A stretch of DNA of 25,152 nt from a virus. Its lineage: Duplodnaviria > Caudoviricetes. A program made the translations under genes and the position numbers. Under the pieces are notes generated by a model. It worked only from the letters and a program-made list of their open reading frames with translations. It did no database searches and was not told the DNA's origin. Position 1 is the first letter of the stretch. Each line of letters opens with the position of its first letter. Of the stretch, positions 1-7,556 are shown piece by piece. The stretch spans positions 1 to 25,152 of the IMG/VR virus record IMGVR_UViG_3300037047_000312; one strand, given 5' to 3'.

Positions 1-603
1 GTGGTCACTTTTAGCGAACTCATTCACGACCTTCGGCGCGGATCGGGTCTTGGCCTTCGCGAGCTTTGTCGCCAGACCGAGAAGCCCGGCAGCCTGTCGC
101 TGCCGATCTCAATCGCTTACCTTTCGCGGATTGAGAATGGTGGCGTCCACAACGATCTGTCGAAGGTCACTATTGACAAGCTCTGGGCAATTGGCGTTGC
201 TCTGTCTGTCGATCCACTCCTCCTCTTTGTCCTCAAGGCCGACCTCCCGGCGAAGTATCTCAACCCTTCTGTCCGGCTGGCTCTCTTTTCCGTTTACGAT
301 GTTCCCAACATGCGCTTCGGCGAGTACGTCCGCAATCTACGGCATGCGCTCGATCTGTCGCTGTCGGAAGTATCGGAAGCGGCGAAGGTTGACCCGGCTC
401 ACTTCGGCATCTCTCCCGGCTATCTGTCGCAGGTCGAAACGGGGGGCGACGACCTCGTCGCCAAGGTGACCGGCGAACGTCTGTGGGCTTTGGGCTGCAT
501 CTATCGCGTTGACCCGCTGGCGCTCTTCTGTCTGTCTCGTGGAATGACGTCGCTGCTCGACTCCAAGACCCGCAACTCCTTGTTCGGTAAATTTTCGCTT
601 TGA
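1..603 (+). CDS. Tandem XRE/HTH transcriptional regulator (two duplicated domains); true start may lie upstream
   Basis: Two aligned halves: LRRGSGLGLRELC..ISIAYLSRIENGG..KVTIDKLWAIG..VDPLLLF and LRHALDLSLSEVS..ISPGYLSQVETGG..KVTGERLWALG..VDPLALF. Confidence 0.85.
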   Translation: MVTFSELIHDLRRGSGLGLRELCRQTEKPGSLSLPISIAYLSRIENGGVHNDLSKVTIDKLWAIGVALSVDPLLLFVLKADLPAKYLNPSVRLALFSVYDVPNMRFGEYVRNLRHALDLSLSEVSEAAKVDPAHFGISPGYLSQVETGGDDLVAKVTGERLWALGCIYRVDPLALFCLSRGMTSLLDSKTRNSLFGKFSL

Positions 604-633
604 TATAGGAAACGGCTGTGATATTCTCCGGGC
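598..633 (+). promoter_or_regulatory. Sigma70-like promoter (likely leaderless transcript) overlapping motif B
   Basis: TTGATA 600-605, 16-nt spacer, TGn-TATTCT 619-627, 6 nt then ATG 634; no Shine-Dalgarno. Confidence 0.6.
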
Positions 634-897
634 ATGAGTGATCGTGACCCGGCGTACCTTGCTTTTATCCAGCGGCAGAAGTGCCTTTGCTGTCCATCCC
701 TTGCCTCTGTTCATCATCACCAGCCGCGTCGTTTTCATGGCTCTGTCGGCATGAAGTGCTCCGACTATCGGTGTGTCCCTCTCTGTTTCATCCATCACGA
801 CGAGTTCCATCGCACCAGCTGGCCGTTTTATGCCAAGTACGGCATTGACGTCGAGGCCGAGATTTCCCGGCTCAACTCTCTCTATTTTTTTCCCTGA
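634..897 (+). CDS. DUF968-like / HNH-like zinc-binding phage protein
   Basis: YLAFIQRQKCLCC..HH..G.G.K.SD..CVPLCFIHHDEFH pattern. Confidence 0.75.
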   Translation: MSDRDPAYLAFIQRQKCLCCPSLASVHHHQPRRFHGSVGMKCSDYRCVPLCFIHHDEFHRTSWPFYAKYGIDVEAEISRLNSLYFFP

Positions 898-898
898 T

Positions 899-916
899 GT
901 GTTCCCCATATCGAAA
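899..916 (+). repeat. Motif B copy GTGTTCCCCATATCGAAA
   Basis: Matches consensus GYGTTHCCTATAYCRAAR seen at 598, 2719, 6917, 20403, 24756. Confidence 0.65.
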
Positions 917-950
917 CCACCAGTTAACGTCGGTTTCTTTTCATGATTGA
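913..950 (+). promoter_or_regulatory. Motif A copy 1 (GAAACCACCAGTTA-N7-TTTCTTTTC), putative phage-specific promoter
   Basis: Near-identical copies at 2642, 7468, 10805, all at gene boundaries in the same orientation. Confidence 0.7.
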
Positions 951-986
951 GCAGCTTTGACTGCCATCATCCAACAGGAGGTTCCT

Positions 987-1355
987 ATGCAGCAACCAGA
1001 GAAAGTGTCCCTTGCCACCCTACGCGGTGGCGCCGCCGTCGAGCAGTTTGATGCCGAATTGCTTCGCGTCCTTGAGAACGTCATCGATATCAATACCGAC
1101 GGGAAGACGCGCACCGTGACTCTTGCCGTCAAGATTACCCCGGACAAGAACCGCAGCTTCTGTGCCGTCGAGGTGTGTGTCTCTTCCAAGCTCCGCCCGA
1201 ACGAGTCCTTCGAGACGCAGATGTATCTCGGCGTGCAGAATGGTCTGCCGTTTGCGATGGAGCACAATCCGGAGCAAATGACGCTGGAGCTTAATTCGCA
1301 GGTGACGAGATCGTCACTCCCCGTTATTCAATTTCCTGTCTCCAAGGAGGGCTAA
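987..1355 (+). CDS. Conserved phage hypothetical protein
   Basis: GGAGG RBS before ATG 987; GGAAVEQFDAEL..VLENVIDINTD..RTVTL pattern recalled from phage early genes. Confidence 0.7.
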   Translation: MQQPEKVSLATLRGGAAVEQFDAELLRVLENVIDINTDGKTRTVTLAVKITPDKNRSFCAVEVCVSSKLRPNESFETQMYLGVQNGLPFAMEHNPEQMTLELNSQVTRSSLPVIQFPVSKEG

Positions 1356-1360
1356 TCGCC

Positions 1361-2083
1361 ATGATCAAGGAAGCTATCGAGAAAGTGTTGTCTCTTGCTG
1401 TGCCGGTCAATGTTGAAGTTGGTGGTCGCCAATACTCGACCGTGAAGTTGGAGCCCTGCAAGGCACCTCTTCCGCCGAAGGTCGTCTTTCATTCGCTCTC
1501 TGGCCTGCGCGATTACCTCCTCACCTTCCGGACACGCGATGCTGCTTTTTCCAATCGCGATTTCCATGTCTCGGTCGACTCCCCGACCTGCGTCTCAGTG
1601 ATCAGTACCTGTGAGGGTGTGTTCAACGAGCGTGTGGTTTTGGCGCAGACTTCGACCACTCATGACGAGTTCCCTTTTGGTCGCTACTTGGATCAGGAGG
1701 AGTTCGTCATCGCTCTGCAGACGCAGTTCGTGCAGGACGATATGCTCCGGGCGGTCCTCGGTGTCGCTGGCAACCTTTCGGCGGCCTCTGACGTCAATGT
1801 TGCCGATGATGGCTTGACTCAGAAAGTGACAATTCAGCTCGGCGTCGTGCAGAAATCGACCGTCGCTGTCACCAACCCGGTCACGCTGAAACCGTATCGC
1901 ACCTTCCTTGAAGTTGATCAGGCTCCGTGCCAGTTGGTCCTGCGCTTCCGCAAGGGGGGCAAGGACGGCGGTGCTCCTCAGTGTGCTCTCTTTGAGGCCG
2001 ACGGTGGTTTGTGGAAGATCAAGGCGATGGAGAACTGTGCGGCGTGGCTTTCGGGCAATGGCGTTGCTGACGTTCTTTGCTAG
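1361..2083 (+). CDS. Conserved phage hypothetical protein (DUF2303-like, tentative)
   Basis: AAGGAGG RBS; DDGLTQKVT..NPVTLKPYRTFLEVDQ..ALFEADGGLWK motifs. Confidence 0.7.
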   Translation: MIKEAIEKVLSLAVPVNVEVGGRQYSTVKLEPCKAPLPPKVVFHSLSGLRDYLLTFRTRDAAFSNRDFHVSVDSPTCVSVISTCEGVFNERVVLAQTSTTHDEFPFGRYLDQEEFVIALQTQFVQDDMLRAVLGVAGNLSAASDVNVADDGLTQKVTIQLGVVQKSTVAVTNPVTLKPYRTFLEVDQAPCQLVLRFRKGGKDGGAPQCALFEADGGLWKIKAMENCAAWLSGNGVADVLC

Positions 2084-2104
2084 TCGTTCTCGTAGTTTTT
2101 AACC

Positions 2105-2136
2105 GGAGCTGGTGTCGTTTGGCATCAGCTCCTTTT
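2105..2136 (+). terminator. Hairpin plus short T run just upstream of the ssb RBS
   Basis: GGAGCTGGTGTC-GTTT-GGCATCAGCTCC followed by TTTT. Confidence 0.55.
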
Positions 2137-2149
2137 CTGGAGGTGTTCT

Positions 2150-2608
2150 ATGTCGGTGAACAAAGCAATAATCGTGGGGCATCTTGGTAAGGATGCAGAG
2201 ATTCGTTATACCCCGTCCGGGGATGCTGTTTGCACGTTCAGCGTGGCGACGTCGGAGAAGTTCAAGGGCCGGGACGGGCAACCGCAGGAGAAGACCGAGT
2301 GGCACAACATCGTGACGTGGCGGAAACTGGCGGAGATTTGTGGCGAGCACTTGAAGAAGGGGGCACTGGTCTACCTTGAAGGCAAGATCACCAATCGTTC
2401 CTACGATGACCGCGATGGCAACAAACGCTACATCACGGAAATCGTCTGCGACCAGATGCGGATGCTCGACCGCAAGGGTGCCGGCGATCGCCCGGCTTCG
2501 GATCGGACCGCTCCGGCCTCTTCTGCTCCGGCGGGTGGGTACGAGGAGCCGCCGTTCAATGCGGACGATGAAATTCCTTTTAGCTCCGGTTCGGCTGCAG
2601 CTGATTAA
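2150..2608 (+). CDS. ssb: Single-stranded DNA-binding protein
   Basis: MSVNKAIIVGHLGKDAEIRYT..EKTEWHNIV..VYLEGKI; acidic DDEIPF tail. Confidence 0.97.
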   Translation: MSVNKAIIVGHLGKDAEIRYTPSGDAVCTFSVATSEKFKGRDGQPQEKTEWHNIVTWRKLAEICGEHLKKGALVYLEGKITNRSYDDRDGNKRYITEIVCDQMRMLDRKGAGDRPASDRTAPASSAPAGGYEEPPFNADDEIPFSSGSAAAD

Positions 2609-2641
2609 ATTTGCGTGAACGCAAAGCCACCATCGCTTGTT

Positions 2642-2679
2642 GAAACCACCAGTTACCGCCGGCTTCTTTTCCCTTGTGA
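2642..2679 (+). promoter_or_regulatory. Motif A copy 2
   Basis: GAAACCACCAGTTA-CCGCCGG-CTTCTTTTC. Confidence 0.7.
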
Positions 2680-2700
2680 AGCGGAACAGTTTTATCACTC

Positions 2701-2736
2701 TTGACAGGGAAAGGATTATTTTGGTATAGGGAACAC
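2701..2736 (+). promoter_or_regulatory. Candidate sigma70 promoter overlapped by a motif B copy (2719-2736, reverse strand)
   Basis: Perfect TTGACA 2701-2706; TG-n-TATAGG at 18-nt spacing (imperfect -10); reverse strand reads GTGTTCCCTATACCAAAA. Confidence 0.5.
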
Positions 2737-2745
2737 TGTAAATAA

Positions 2746-2853
2746 CGCTGTAGGGAGTCACGGCCCGAGACAGCGATAAGGTTTCGGGAGGTTTTCTTCC
2801 CGAAAAGCCCCGACTCTTCAGCGCCCGTGACCGCTGGAGGGTCGGGGTTTTTC
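2746..2853 (+). ncRNA. Structured leader RNA with three hairpins, complementary loops and a terminator (C4/CI-RNA-like attenuator, tentative)
   Basis: Hairpin 1 loop GTCACGG (2757-2763) is the reverse complement of CCGTGAC (2825-2831) in the loop of a 19-bp stem ending in a T run. Confidence 0.65.
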
Positions 2854-2894
2854 TATTATGGAGGTTTTTATGGCGTATTCAAAGGAGAGGGGGT

Positions 2895-3650
2895 GTGGCG
2901 ATGGCAAGAATTCGAACAATTAAGCCAGAAATGGCTCGACACGGCCTTCTCTTCGACCTTGAGAAAGAGACTGGTCTCCCTATCAGGTTTGCGTGGGCGA
3001 TACTGCCCACTGTCTGCTGCCGGGAAGGCCGTTTCAAATGGCGGCCTAGAGAATTGAAGTTGGAAGTCCTTCCCCATGACGAATTGGATTTTTCACGCGT
3101 GCTTGACGCGTTCTTGACGCGTGGCTTTGTCGTGAAGTACCGCGTCGATAACGAGTGGTATGGTGTTATCCCCACCTTCAAAAAACATCAGGTCATAAAT
3201 AACCGCGAACAGGAGAGTGGTCTCCCTGATATTTCCCTTGCAGACGAGGTAGTTAGTCACGCGTCGGGCACGCGTGCTTGTCGCGTGGATGACGCGGCTT
3301 GTGCAAGTCAAAGGGGAAGGGAAGAGGAAGGGAAGGGAAAAGGAAAGGAAGGGGAAGGAGTTAGTGTTCGTCGCTTCGCTCCTCCTTCGCCCGACGAGGT
3401 CAAGGCTTACTGTCTGGAGCGGAAGAATACCGTCGACGTCAATCGCTGGTTCTCTCACTACGAGTCGAACGGTTGGAAGGTCGGCAGAAATCCGATGAAG
3501 GATTGGCGTGCGGCCATTCGGACGTGGGAGGCTTCTTCTGTCCCCTCCGGATTTTCGGTCTCAGGGAAGGGCGGCAAGAAGGAAACTCCCTCGGAACGTC
3601 TGCAGCGGACGATCCATACCCAAGACGAGGCGGTGGTCCATGAATACTGA
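2895..3650 (+). CDS. Phage replication initiator protein (start GTG 2895 or ATG 2901)
   Basis: MARIRTIKPE N-terminus, GKGKGKE linker, C-terminal PPSPDEVKAYC..YESNGWKVGRNPMKDWRAAIRTW; directly upstream of a DnaC-like gene. Confidence 0.85.
   Translation: MAMARIRTIKPEMARHGLLFDLEKETGLPIRFAWAILPTVCCREGRFKWRPRELKLEVLPHDELDFSRVLDAFLTRGFVVKYRVDNEWYGVIPTFKKHQVINNREQESGLPDISLADEVVSHASGTRACRVDDAACASQRGREEEGKGKGKEGEGVSVRRFAPPSPDEVKAYCLERKNTVDVNRWFSHYESNGWKVGRNPMKDWRAAIRTWEASSVPSGFSVSGKGGKKETPSERLQRTIHTQDEAVVHEY
3094..3360. repeat. Iteron-like 11-bp-period ACGCGT arrays plus purine tract; candidate replication origin
   Basis: ACGCGT at 3095, 3106, 3117 and 3259, 3270, with variants at 3281 (TCGCGT) and 3292 (ACGCGG); A/G-only tract 3310-3360. 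Confidence 0.6.
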
Positions 3651-4428
3651 AATCTGTCCCAAGCATAACGAGGTGATGGTTATCCCGACCAAGGTCATCA
3701 TCGGTACTCTGATCGATGCGGCCTTTCTGAAACCCTATTGCCCGACCTGCGTTGCTGAGGCCAAGAAGCAACAGGACGTCGAGGAGCGCCAACAAGACAT
3801 CGACCGGCATGCGCAGCGTCGTCTCCTTGCCGAGGCCACGAAATACCGGCATCTACAGATCGGGCGCCGGTTTGAATCGGCGACCTTCGACGGCTTCATC
3901 GCCACCTCGCGGGAACAGCGGCTGGTCAAGGAAACCTGCCAGCGCTATGCCACCACCTTCCCGGATCGGTTGCGCGAGGGCGACAGCCTGATCCTTTCGG
4001 GGAATCCCGGTACCGGCAAGAATCATCTGGCAGCGGCGATTGCCAAGGCGGTCGTCGACCAAGGCCATGTCGTCGTCCATACCACCGCTTCCCGGTTGCT
4101 GCGGGAGATCAAGGAGACGTGGGGCGGGCGGGGCGATAAGACCGAGCGGGAAGTGATCGCCTCGTTTGTGAAGCCGGACCTTCTGATCATCGACGAGGTC
4201 GGCATGATGTTCGGGTCGACGGCGGAACAGATTCTGTTTATGGAAGTGATCAACTCCCGGTATGCCGATATGCGGCCTACCATCCTAATCTCGATGGACC
4301 AGATCGAAGACCTCGCGAAGTCGGTCGGGGCACAGATCATCGACCGCTTCTGTGAAGGAAAGTCGTCGATCTTGAAATTTACATGGAGCAGCCATCGCGT
4401 CACGGGGCGCTCGATCCATGCTGTTTAA
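3640..4428 (+). CDS. DnaC/IstB-like AAA+ helicase loader
   Basis: CPKH..CPTC N-terminal motif, Walker A GNPGTGKNH, Walker B LLIIDEVG; GAGG RBS before ATG 3640. Confidence 0.92.
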   Translation: MNTEICPKHNEVMVIPTKVIIGTLIDAAFLKPYCPTCVAEAKKQQDVEERQQDIDRHAQRRLLAEATKYRHLQIGRRFESATFDGFIATSREQRLVKETCQRYATTFPDRLREGDSLILSGNPGTGKNHLAAAIAKAVVDQGHVVVHTTASRLLREIKETWGGRGDKTEREVIASFVKPDLLIIDEVGMMFGSTAEQILFMEVINSRYADMRPTILISMDQIEDLAKSVGAQIIDRFCEGKSSILKFTWSSHRVTGRSIHAV

Positions 4429-4442
4429 TCGGAGTATTCCCT

Positions 4443-4859
4443 ATGGCAACCATTAAGGCACCGGTACCGAAAGAAGACGACGAGCAGGCATCTGTTATCT
4501 CCTACCTGCTGTTCCGCAAGAATAATCTCGGCGATCGGCTGCGCTGGCACCATAGTCCAAACGGTGATGGGCGCGAGAAGAAGGTTGGCCGAGACGGTAA
4601 GCGCTACTGTCCGTCCGGGCAGCGGCTTGCTGCCCAAGGGACGTCTCCGGGCTTCCCTGATCTGGTCGTGTTCCTTGATGGTCCCGGCGACGTGGTCTTT
4701 CAGGTCGCCATCGAAATGAAGCGCCGCAACGGGCGGCCATCGGATGTGAAGCTGGAGCAGCGGGAGTGGTTGTCGTTCCTTGCTCTCTGCGGCTGGCAGA
4801 CGCGGGCGTGTTTTGGTGCCCAAGAAGCTATTAATTTTCTCCGCGAGTGCGGAATTTGA
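4443..4859 (+). CDS. VRR-NUC domain nuclease
   Basis: EDDEQ..HHSPNG..GTSPGFPDL..IEMK..Q.EW (PD-(D/E)xK). Confidence 0.88.
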   Translation: MATIKAPVPKEDDEQASVISYLLFRKNNLGDRLRWHHSPNGDGREKKVGRDGKRYCPSGQRLAAQGTSPGFPDLVVFLDGPGDVVFQVAIEMKRRNGRPSDVKLEQREWLSFLALCGWQTRACFGAQEAINFLRECGI

Positions 4860-4873
4860 AAGGACTTTGCGTC

Positions 4874-5980
4874 ATGAGTAAAAAAATCGAAGACCGTCGC
4901 GCCAAGGGATTATTTTGGGATGCGGCGTGGAAGTTGATCGAGGGTTGCACAAAGGTTTCGCCCGGCTGCGACAACTGTTGGTCAGAGACGGAGACGATGA
5001 TGCGATCCGCCCATCCGAATGGTGCAATTCGTCTCCGTGCGCGTGAGGTTATCGTCTGCTCTGGTGGAGAAGGATTTGATGGCCGAGTCCTTCTTCGCCA
5101 TGACAACCTCGACCTGCCGCTGCGGACGAAGAAGCCGACGGTCTACGCTGTCTGGAACGATCTTTATCACGAGGACGTACCGGACGACTTCCGGGATCGT
5201 GCCTATGCGGTGATGGCTCTGTGTCCGCAGCATACGTTTCTGGTTTTGACGAAACGGGCGGAGCGGATGGCGGCGTATATGACTGGCAGAGGGAACTCTC
5301 CAGTTTATCCTTCGGCTTGTAGTGACGAGATACCGGCAGAGGAAAACGTGCCAGTCATGGTTCGCGTGCAGCGGGCAACTATCTCTTATTGGCGGGGGAC
5401 TGGTCGCTGTGGATGGATTCGTCCTGACGAAATGCAATGGCCTCTTTCTAATGTCTGGCACGGCGTCACCTGCGAAGACCAGCAGCGGGCGGACGAGCGC
5501 ATCCCGCACCTACTCCGGGTGCCGGGGAATCGCTTCTTGTCGCTGGAGCCTCTTCTTGGCCGGGTGGACTTGATGAACCTGAGCGGTCCGGGGAACGGCT
5601 ACTATCAGTGCCTTACTCCTATAATCAACGACAATGATTCCGCAAGGGGGAGCATCCATGCCGTTCTGCTCGGCGGTGAGTCTGGGCCGAACGCAAGGCC
5701 GATGCATCCGGCATGGGTCAAGCTTGTTCGAGATCAATGCGATGCGGCTTATGTTCCCTTCTTTTTTAAACAGTGGGGAGAGTGGTTCCCAATGGGGCTG
5801 CTTCGCGCTAATGGCCGCGACTTATATCTTGACCTTGATGGAAGCACTGTCGCTGTTAACGACTATGTCGAAGGGAAAGGGAAAGATCCTGTGCGGATGG
5901 TCCGCATCGGAAAGAAGACCGCTGGTCGTCATTTACAGGGCTGCACTCACGACTCCCTTCCGTGGGGAGGTGCCAAATGA
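4874..5980 (+). CDS. DUF5131 / Gp37Gp68 family protein
   Basis: GCTKVSPGCDNCW, HTFLVLTKRAERM, FLSLEPLLG, GGESGPNARPMHPAW, VPFFFKQWGEW. Confidence 0.93.
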   Translation: MSKKIEDRRAKGLFWDAAWKLIEGCTKVSPGCDNCWSETETMMRSAHPNGAIRLRAREVIVCSGGEGFDGRVLLRHDNLDLPLRTKKPTVYAVWNDLYHEDVPDDFRDRAYAVMALCPQHTFLVLTKRAERMAAYMTGRGNSPVYPSACSDEIPAEENVPVMVRVQRATISYWRGTGRCGWIRPDEMQWPLSNVWHGVTCEDQQRADERIPHLLRVPGNRFLSLEPLLGRVDLMNLSGPGNGYYQCLTPIINDNDSARGSIHAVLLGGESGPNARPMHPAWVKLVRDQCDAAYVPFFFKQWGEWFPMGLLRANGRDLYLDLDGSTVAVNDYVEGKGKDPVRMVRIGKKTAGRHLQGCTHDSLPWGGAK

Positions 5981-6264
5981 TCCACGTCAACACCGCCTCC
6001 GGCCACAGTCTGCTCTCCCGCGAGGAGTTCGAGAAGCAATTTGGCCGCCTGCCGTCGTCCTCCGGTCCCCATATCGAGGAAGGCCAGCGCCTCTCTGCCG
6101 CCCGCAACAATGCCGATATCTCCATGCGCGAGCTGTCCAAGGCCGTCTCTGGCTGGACGATACTCACTGTTTCCGATATCGAGCATGGCCGCACCGAGAT
6201 CACGCCGATGATCCGGGCGGCTTATCAGAAGACAATATCGGCGAAGAAAGTCGGTGCCCGATGA
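5977..6264 (+). CDS. XRE-family HTH protein
   Basis: GQRLSAARNNADISMRELSK..VSDIEHGR; ATGA overlap and GGAGG RBS. Confidence 0.75.
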   Translation: MIHVNTASGHSLLSREEFEKQFGRLPSSSGPHIEEGQRLSAARNNADISMRELSKAVSGWTILTVSDIEHGRTEITPMIRAAYQKTISAKKVGAR

Positions 6265-6503
6265 ATCTATCTGCAATCATCCGTCGCTATTCTCCTCTGC
6301 AACGAATCAACCTTTTCCTTTGGAGTCTGTGGCTGTTCGTTCTGTCAGCCTGCTTGCTTGTTTCCTCCCCCCTGATCGTCTTGTGGTCTCTGGTTGATGC
6401 GATCACGGCCAGTGAATTCGTCTCAGGGGCGGTTGATTATATCCGGGGTGAAATCAAGTCAGGCCGCGAGACTAAGCGGCTTCTGGGTCGGAGGCATCTA
6501 TGA
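6261..6503 (+). CDS. Small membrane protein
   Basis: ATGA overlaps at both ends; long hydrophobic segment LFLWSLWLFVLSACLLVSSPLIVLWSLV. Confidence 0.65.
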   Translation: MNLSAIIRRYSPLQRINLFLWSLWLFVLSACLLVSSPLIVLWSLVDAITASEFVSGAVDYIRGEIKSGRETKRLLGRRHL

Positions 6504-6916
6504 CCATCGCCGATTCTTGTCGCCACTATGCTCCGATGGGGATGTCGATGTCGGCGACCGCTGCCGTCCTCGGCATCCCGGCGCACAAGTTCCGTCTGGC
6601 TGTGAAGGACGAAGGCTTGCGGCATCTGTTCGACGCCAGCCGTTATGCCCGCGACTGCCGTGGTGGTGGTCGTGGCTGGGTCAAGGGCCGGCTGCGTCCC
6701 TACCGTGTCCGTGTCCCTGCCCGCTTCATCCTGTCCGAGCTGCGCCGCTATCCTGATTTGACTCTGTTCCAGTCGATGGCCGATGTCGATATCGCCACCG
6801 TTCATCGCCGCTTTGGCTGCGCTTCGGCGGCTCACCGTTTCGCCCGTTTGACGTCCCCGTCCGATCCGATGTGGCATTTTGTTGCCGATGTCGCCGACGG
6901 CTGCCGTTTGCCTTGA
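6500..6916 (+). CDS. Hypothetical protein, possibly DNA-binding
   Basis: GGAGG RBS, ATGA overlap; GMSMSATAAVLGI HTH-like stretch. Confidence 0.65.
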   Translation: MTIADSCRHYAPMGMSMSATAAVLGIPAHKFRLAVKDEGLRHLFDASRYARDCRGGGRGWVKGRLRPYRVRVPARFILSELRRYPDLTLFQSMADVDIATVHRRFGCASAAHRFARLTSPSDPMWHFVADVADGCRLP

Positions 6917-6934
6917 GTGTTACCTATATCGAAA
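6917..6934 (+). repeat. Motif B copy GTGTTACCTATATCGAAA
   Basis: Fills the gap between the stop at 6916 and the next RBS. Confidence 0.65.
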
Positions 6935-6945
6935 GGAGTCCTGCC

Positions 6946-7308
6946 ATGACGCAGCCTGATTTGTTCTCCGCTCCGGTCCTCACTGACGACCAATCCGCTG
7001 TCTATCGCTGCATCGAATCCCGCCGGGGGAAGGCGCAGGCGGTCTCTGCTGCCGAGATCGTCCGCCACACTGGCATTGCCGACCGTCGCGCCCGTGCGCT
7101 GGTCAAGGAACTTGTCGAGGACCACGGTCTGCCGATTGTCTCCTGCCCGTCCGGGTTCTTTGTCCCGGCGACCGAGGAGGAGATTACCGCTGCCTATCGC
7201 CAGTCGGTGTCGTGGGCTCTGTCGCTGCTGCATCGGGCCAGCTGCTTGAAGCGGTCGTCTGATCTGCAGCGGATCGTCGGCCAGTTGCGGCTGGAGGTGG
7301 CGGCATGA
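6946..7308 (+). CDS. Winged-helix/HTH phage protein
   Basis: AAGGAG RBS; GKAQAVSAAEIVRHTGIADRRARALVKELVEDHGLPIVS..GFF. Confidence 0.75.
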   Translation: MTQPDLFSAPVLTDDQSAVYRCIESRRGKAQAVSAAEIVRHTGIADRRARALVKELVEDHGLPIVSCPSGFFVPATEEEITAAYRQSVSWALSLLHRASCLKRSSDLQRIVGQLRLEVAA

Positions 7309-7469
7309 AGTGGCCGGTCGGGAGATATAACGGCAGGCGCATTGTCGGGCTGGAGCTGGAGCTGAAGTTTCGCGTCAACGTGTGGTACTGGCGGCCTCGC
7401 TGGGTGCGCTATTCCAACCGAGTCGCGTGGCTCTGTTTCATCGTTGCGATCAATTGCGTCTACGACTGA
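7305..7469 (+). CDS. Small hypothetical protein (54 aa, MKWPVGRYNG..CVYD), not in ORF track
   Basis: GGAGG RBS, ATGA overlap with the previous stop, open frame to TGA 7467-7469. Confidence 0.65.
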   Translation: MKWPVGRYNGRRIVGLELELKFRVNVWYWRPRWVRYSNRVAWLCFIVAINCVYD

Positions 7470-7505
7470 AACCACCAGTTAAGCCCGGTTTCTTTTCATA
7501 CATGA
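7468..7505 (+). promoter_or_regulatory. Motif A copy 3
   Basis: GAAACCACCAGTTA-AGCCCGG-TTTCTTTTC; small hairpin GGGAC..GTCCC follows. Confidence 0.7.
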
Positions 7506-7556
7506 AGGGACGGCTGTCCCCATTCTCTCTTGCCTGCTGGCAGAAAGGTTTTGCCT

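Noticed and set aside
2099-2761. Long antisense ORFs such as 2099-2761, 8123-8635 and 9279-9809
   Set aside because: Shadow frames of GC-rich genes with no recognisable motifs or RBS
4276-4300. Sensor-I-region PTILISM instead of the usual PTILISN in the loader, as a sign of inactivation
   Set aside because: Single substitution with intact Walker motifs and frame; not enough to call a pseudogene
3640-4428. IstB of an IS21 element
   Set aside because: No IstA or terminal repeats; coupled to a phage replication initiator
5634-6503. 289-aa ORF in the track
   Set aside because: Overlaps two better-supported genes; only the 6261-6503 part has an ATGA-coupled start
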